Below the pieces are notes generated by a model, which saw only the letters and a list, made by a program, of their open reading frames with translations, was not told where the DNA came from and ran no database searches. From NCBI GenBank assembly GCA_012343875.1, contig GCA_012343875.1_3924.1: a stretch of DNA of 64,000 nucleotides. One strand, written 5' to 3'. Every line of letters begins with the position of its first letter. Positions within the stretch are counted from its first letter, which is position 1. Source of the stretch: a phage. The position numbers and the translations under genes are program-made. Shown here piece by piece: positions 62,696-64,000 of the stretch.

Positions 62696-63028
62696 CTATT
62701 TGTTTAAATCTACAGAGACTGAAGAGATAACATAGATACCTTCTTCAGCAAAGAATTGAGGTTTGCTAAGAGCACCAGTTGCCACGCATTTATCGTTAGC
62801 ATCCCACAAGCTATAGTGTGAGACCGTTGCAGAAGCTGGAACAGTGATATTAACTGTGTCTTCTGAGGCAATTAAGCCATTATCCGGTTCAGAAAAATAA
62901 ATAGCCACTGGCTGAGTAACCTTATTTGCTGTAGGGTCTGCCGTTGGGTCTACATTGTGTAAAATAATAGTCGTTGGGGTTAGCGTGGCGAGGATTTTGT
63001 TCTTACCATCAATAGTTAATGTTCCCAT
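62696..63028 (-). CDS. hypothetical head-module protein (110 aa)
   Basis: Co-directional ORF. Confidence 0.35.
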   Translation of the reverse strand: MGTLTIDGKNKILATLTPTTIILHNVDPTADPTANKVTQPVAIYFSEPDNGLIASEDTVNITVPASATVSHYSLWDANDKCVATGALSKPQFFAEEGIYVISSVSVDLNK

Positions 63029-63528
63029 TAATTAAACCTTACTTTTTGTTTAAGGACTGTTGAATGGTTACCAGATTCATCTACCACATTTACAATCATA
63101 TCATATACTTTGCCTTTGACAAGTACTTTGTAATCATTTTGTGAAAAAATGTATTCAAGTCTGTTTGTTTCTTTATTAACTGTCATTGGAGATTGAAATG
63201 CAGTGTCGAGGGTAATGAAAGCGGCTTCAATGCTATTAACATTGATACGTTTATTCTCGCAGTTATATAACTTTACACCCAAAAGGCATGAACTGTCAAA
63301 TGGAATTTTAACAATTTCACTACAATTCCCTGAAATAAACGGTTTTCCACTCATTGGAGCATCAAGTAACCTGCAAATAGTGAAAACGTCAGAGGTTCCA
63401 CCATCACTTACATAACCTGAAAGGCTGACCCTTGAGCCAGCCTCTACAGATAATTTGTCAGTGATAATAAGAACACCTCTATACGAATGCACTCGTGTAG
63501 CATTTGAAATAGAGATAACTTCAGCCAT
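63028..63528 (-). CDS. hypothetical head-module protein (166 aa)
   Basis: Co-directional ORF, stop/start overlap. Confidence 0.35.
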   Translation of the reverse strand: MAEVISISNATRVHSYRGVLIITDKLSVEAGSRVSLSGYVSDGGTSDVFTICRLLDAPMSGKPFISGNCSEIVKIPFDSSCLLGVKLYNCENKRINVNSIEAAFITLDTAFQSPMTVNKETNRLEYIFSQNDYKVLVKGKVYDMIVNVVDESGNHSTVLKQKVRFN

Positions 63529-64000
63529 TATTTATTTGCCTTATTTGCTGTGCTTGGGTCTTTCGCTGAAGGTGTCTTTGCAGTACCTTCTCCAGCGGTC
63601 TTATAACCATCTCCTGAGCGGCTTTGGCTATTTGGAGAAAGCTTTTCAGATACTGGCTGAGACTCATCAGCAGGAGGAAGACCAATATGCTCTCTAAGCT
63701 TGTTAGATAGCTCTTTGTCAACTTCCAAAGCACCTACTGCAACAGTCTTCTGGATATAAGAACCAATTGCTTCAAGGTCTGGAGTTTCGATATCATCATA
63801 TGTGATTTGTACATGTTCTTCATCATCCCACATATTAAGAGCATAAGTCTGTGCAACTAAATCACGGTTAATTACGTTCTTAATTTGCTTCAGCAGAATA
63901 TCTACTGACATCGCTAGTAAGCTTGTCTTAGAATCTGCAAGAGAGAATGAACCGTATTTTGACTGACCCATAGCAAGAACATCTGACATAAATGCCATCA
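63528..64000 (-). CDS. hypothetical head-module protein, possibly 5'-truncated by window edge
   Basis: Frame open to the last window base; Gly/Lys/Ala-rich C-terminus; upstream position would fit a portal C-terminus but this is unverified. Confidence 0.3.
   Translation of the reverse strand, partial: MAFMSDVLAMGQSKYGSFSLADSKTSLLAMSVDILLKQIKNVINRDLVAQTYALNMWDDEEHVQITYDDIETPDLEAIGSYIQKTVAVGALEVDKELSNKLREHIGLPPADESQPVSEKLSPNSQSRSGDGYKTAGEGTAKTPSAKDPSTANKANK

Overview
This window is a densely coded, AT-rich segment of a tailed dsDNA bacteriophage genome; no integrase, host genes, rRNA/tRNA or CRISPR array were seen. Positions 1-33441 are a leftward (minus-strand) early/middle block: an array of small early genes separated by a conserved hairpin+RBS cassette, a macro-domain protein, an overlapping spanin-like pair, Dam methylase, T4-like rIIA/rIIB, an adjacent PRPP-synthetase-like + NAMPT-like pair, anaerobic (NrdD/NrdG) and aerobic (NrdA/NrdB/glutaredoxin) ribonucleotide reductases, FEN-like exonuclease, SSB, T7-type primase-helicase and dNMP kinase. 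Positions 33700-42883 are a rightward block (family A DNA polymerase, ATP-dependent DNA ligase, DHFR, thymidylate synthase, small genes). Positions 42922-64000 are a leftward late module (two His-rich tail fibres, baseplate, tape measure, frameshifted chaperone, tube, sheath, lambda E-like capsid, decoration protein, S49 protease-scaffold). The best candidate for an exciting system is the Prs-like + NAMPT-like pair (12844-15567), which matches the architecture of a phage NAD+ reconstitution pathway that counters NAD+-depleting immunity, with a TARG1/DarG-type macro-domain protein elsewhere in the same block. Other signals worth follow-up are a GT-rich non-coding region with phased 10-bp repeats between two strong sigma70-like promoters (38971-39399), a repeat/G-quadruplex region (2495-2729), and a canonical -1 frameshift site in the tail chaperone. 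All calls rest on reading the translations and sequence by eye and on motifs recalled from memory; no database search was run.
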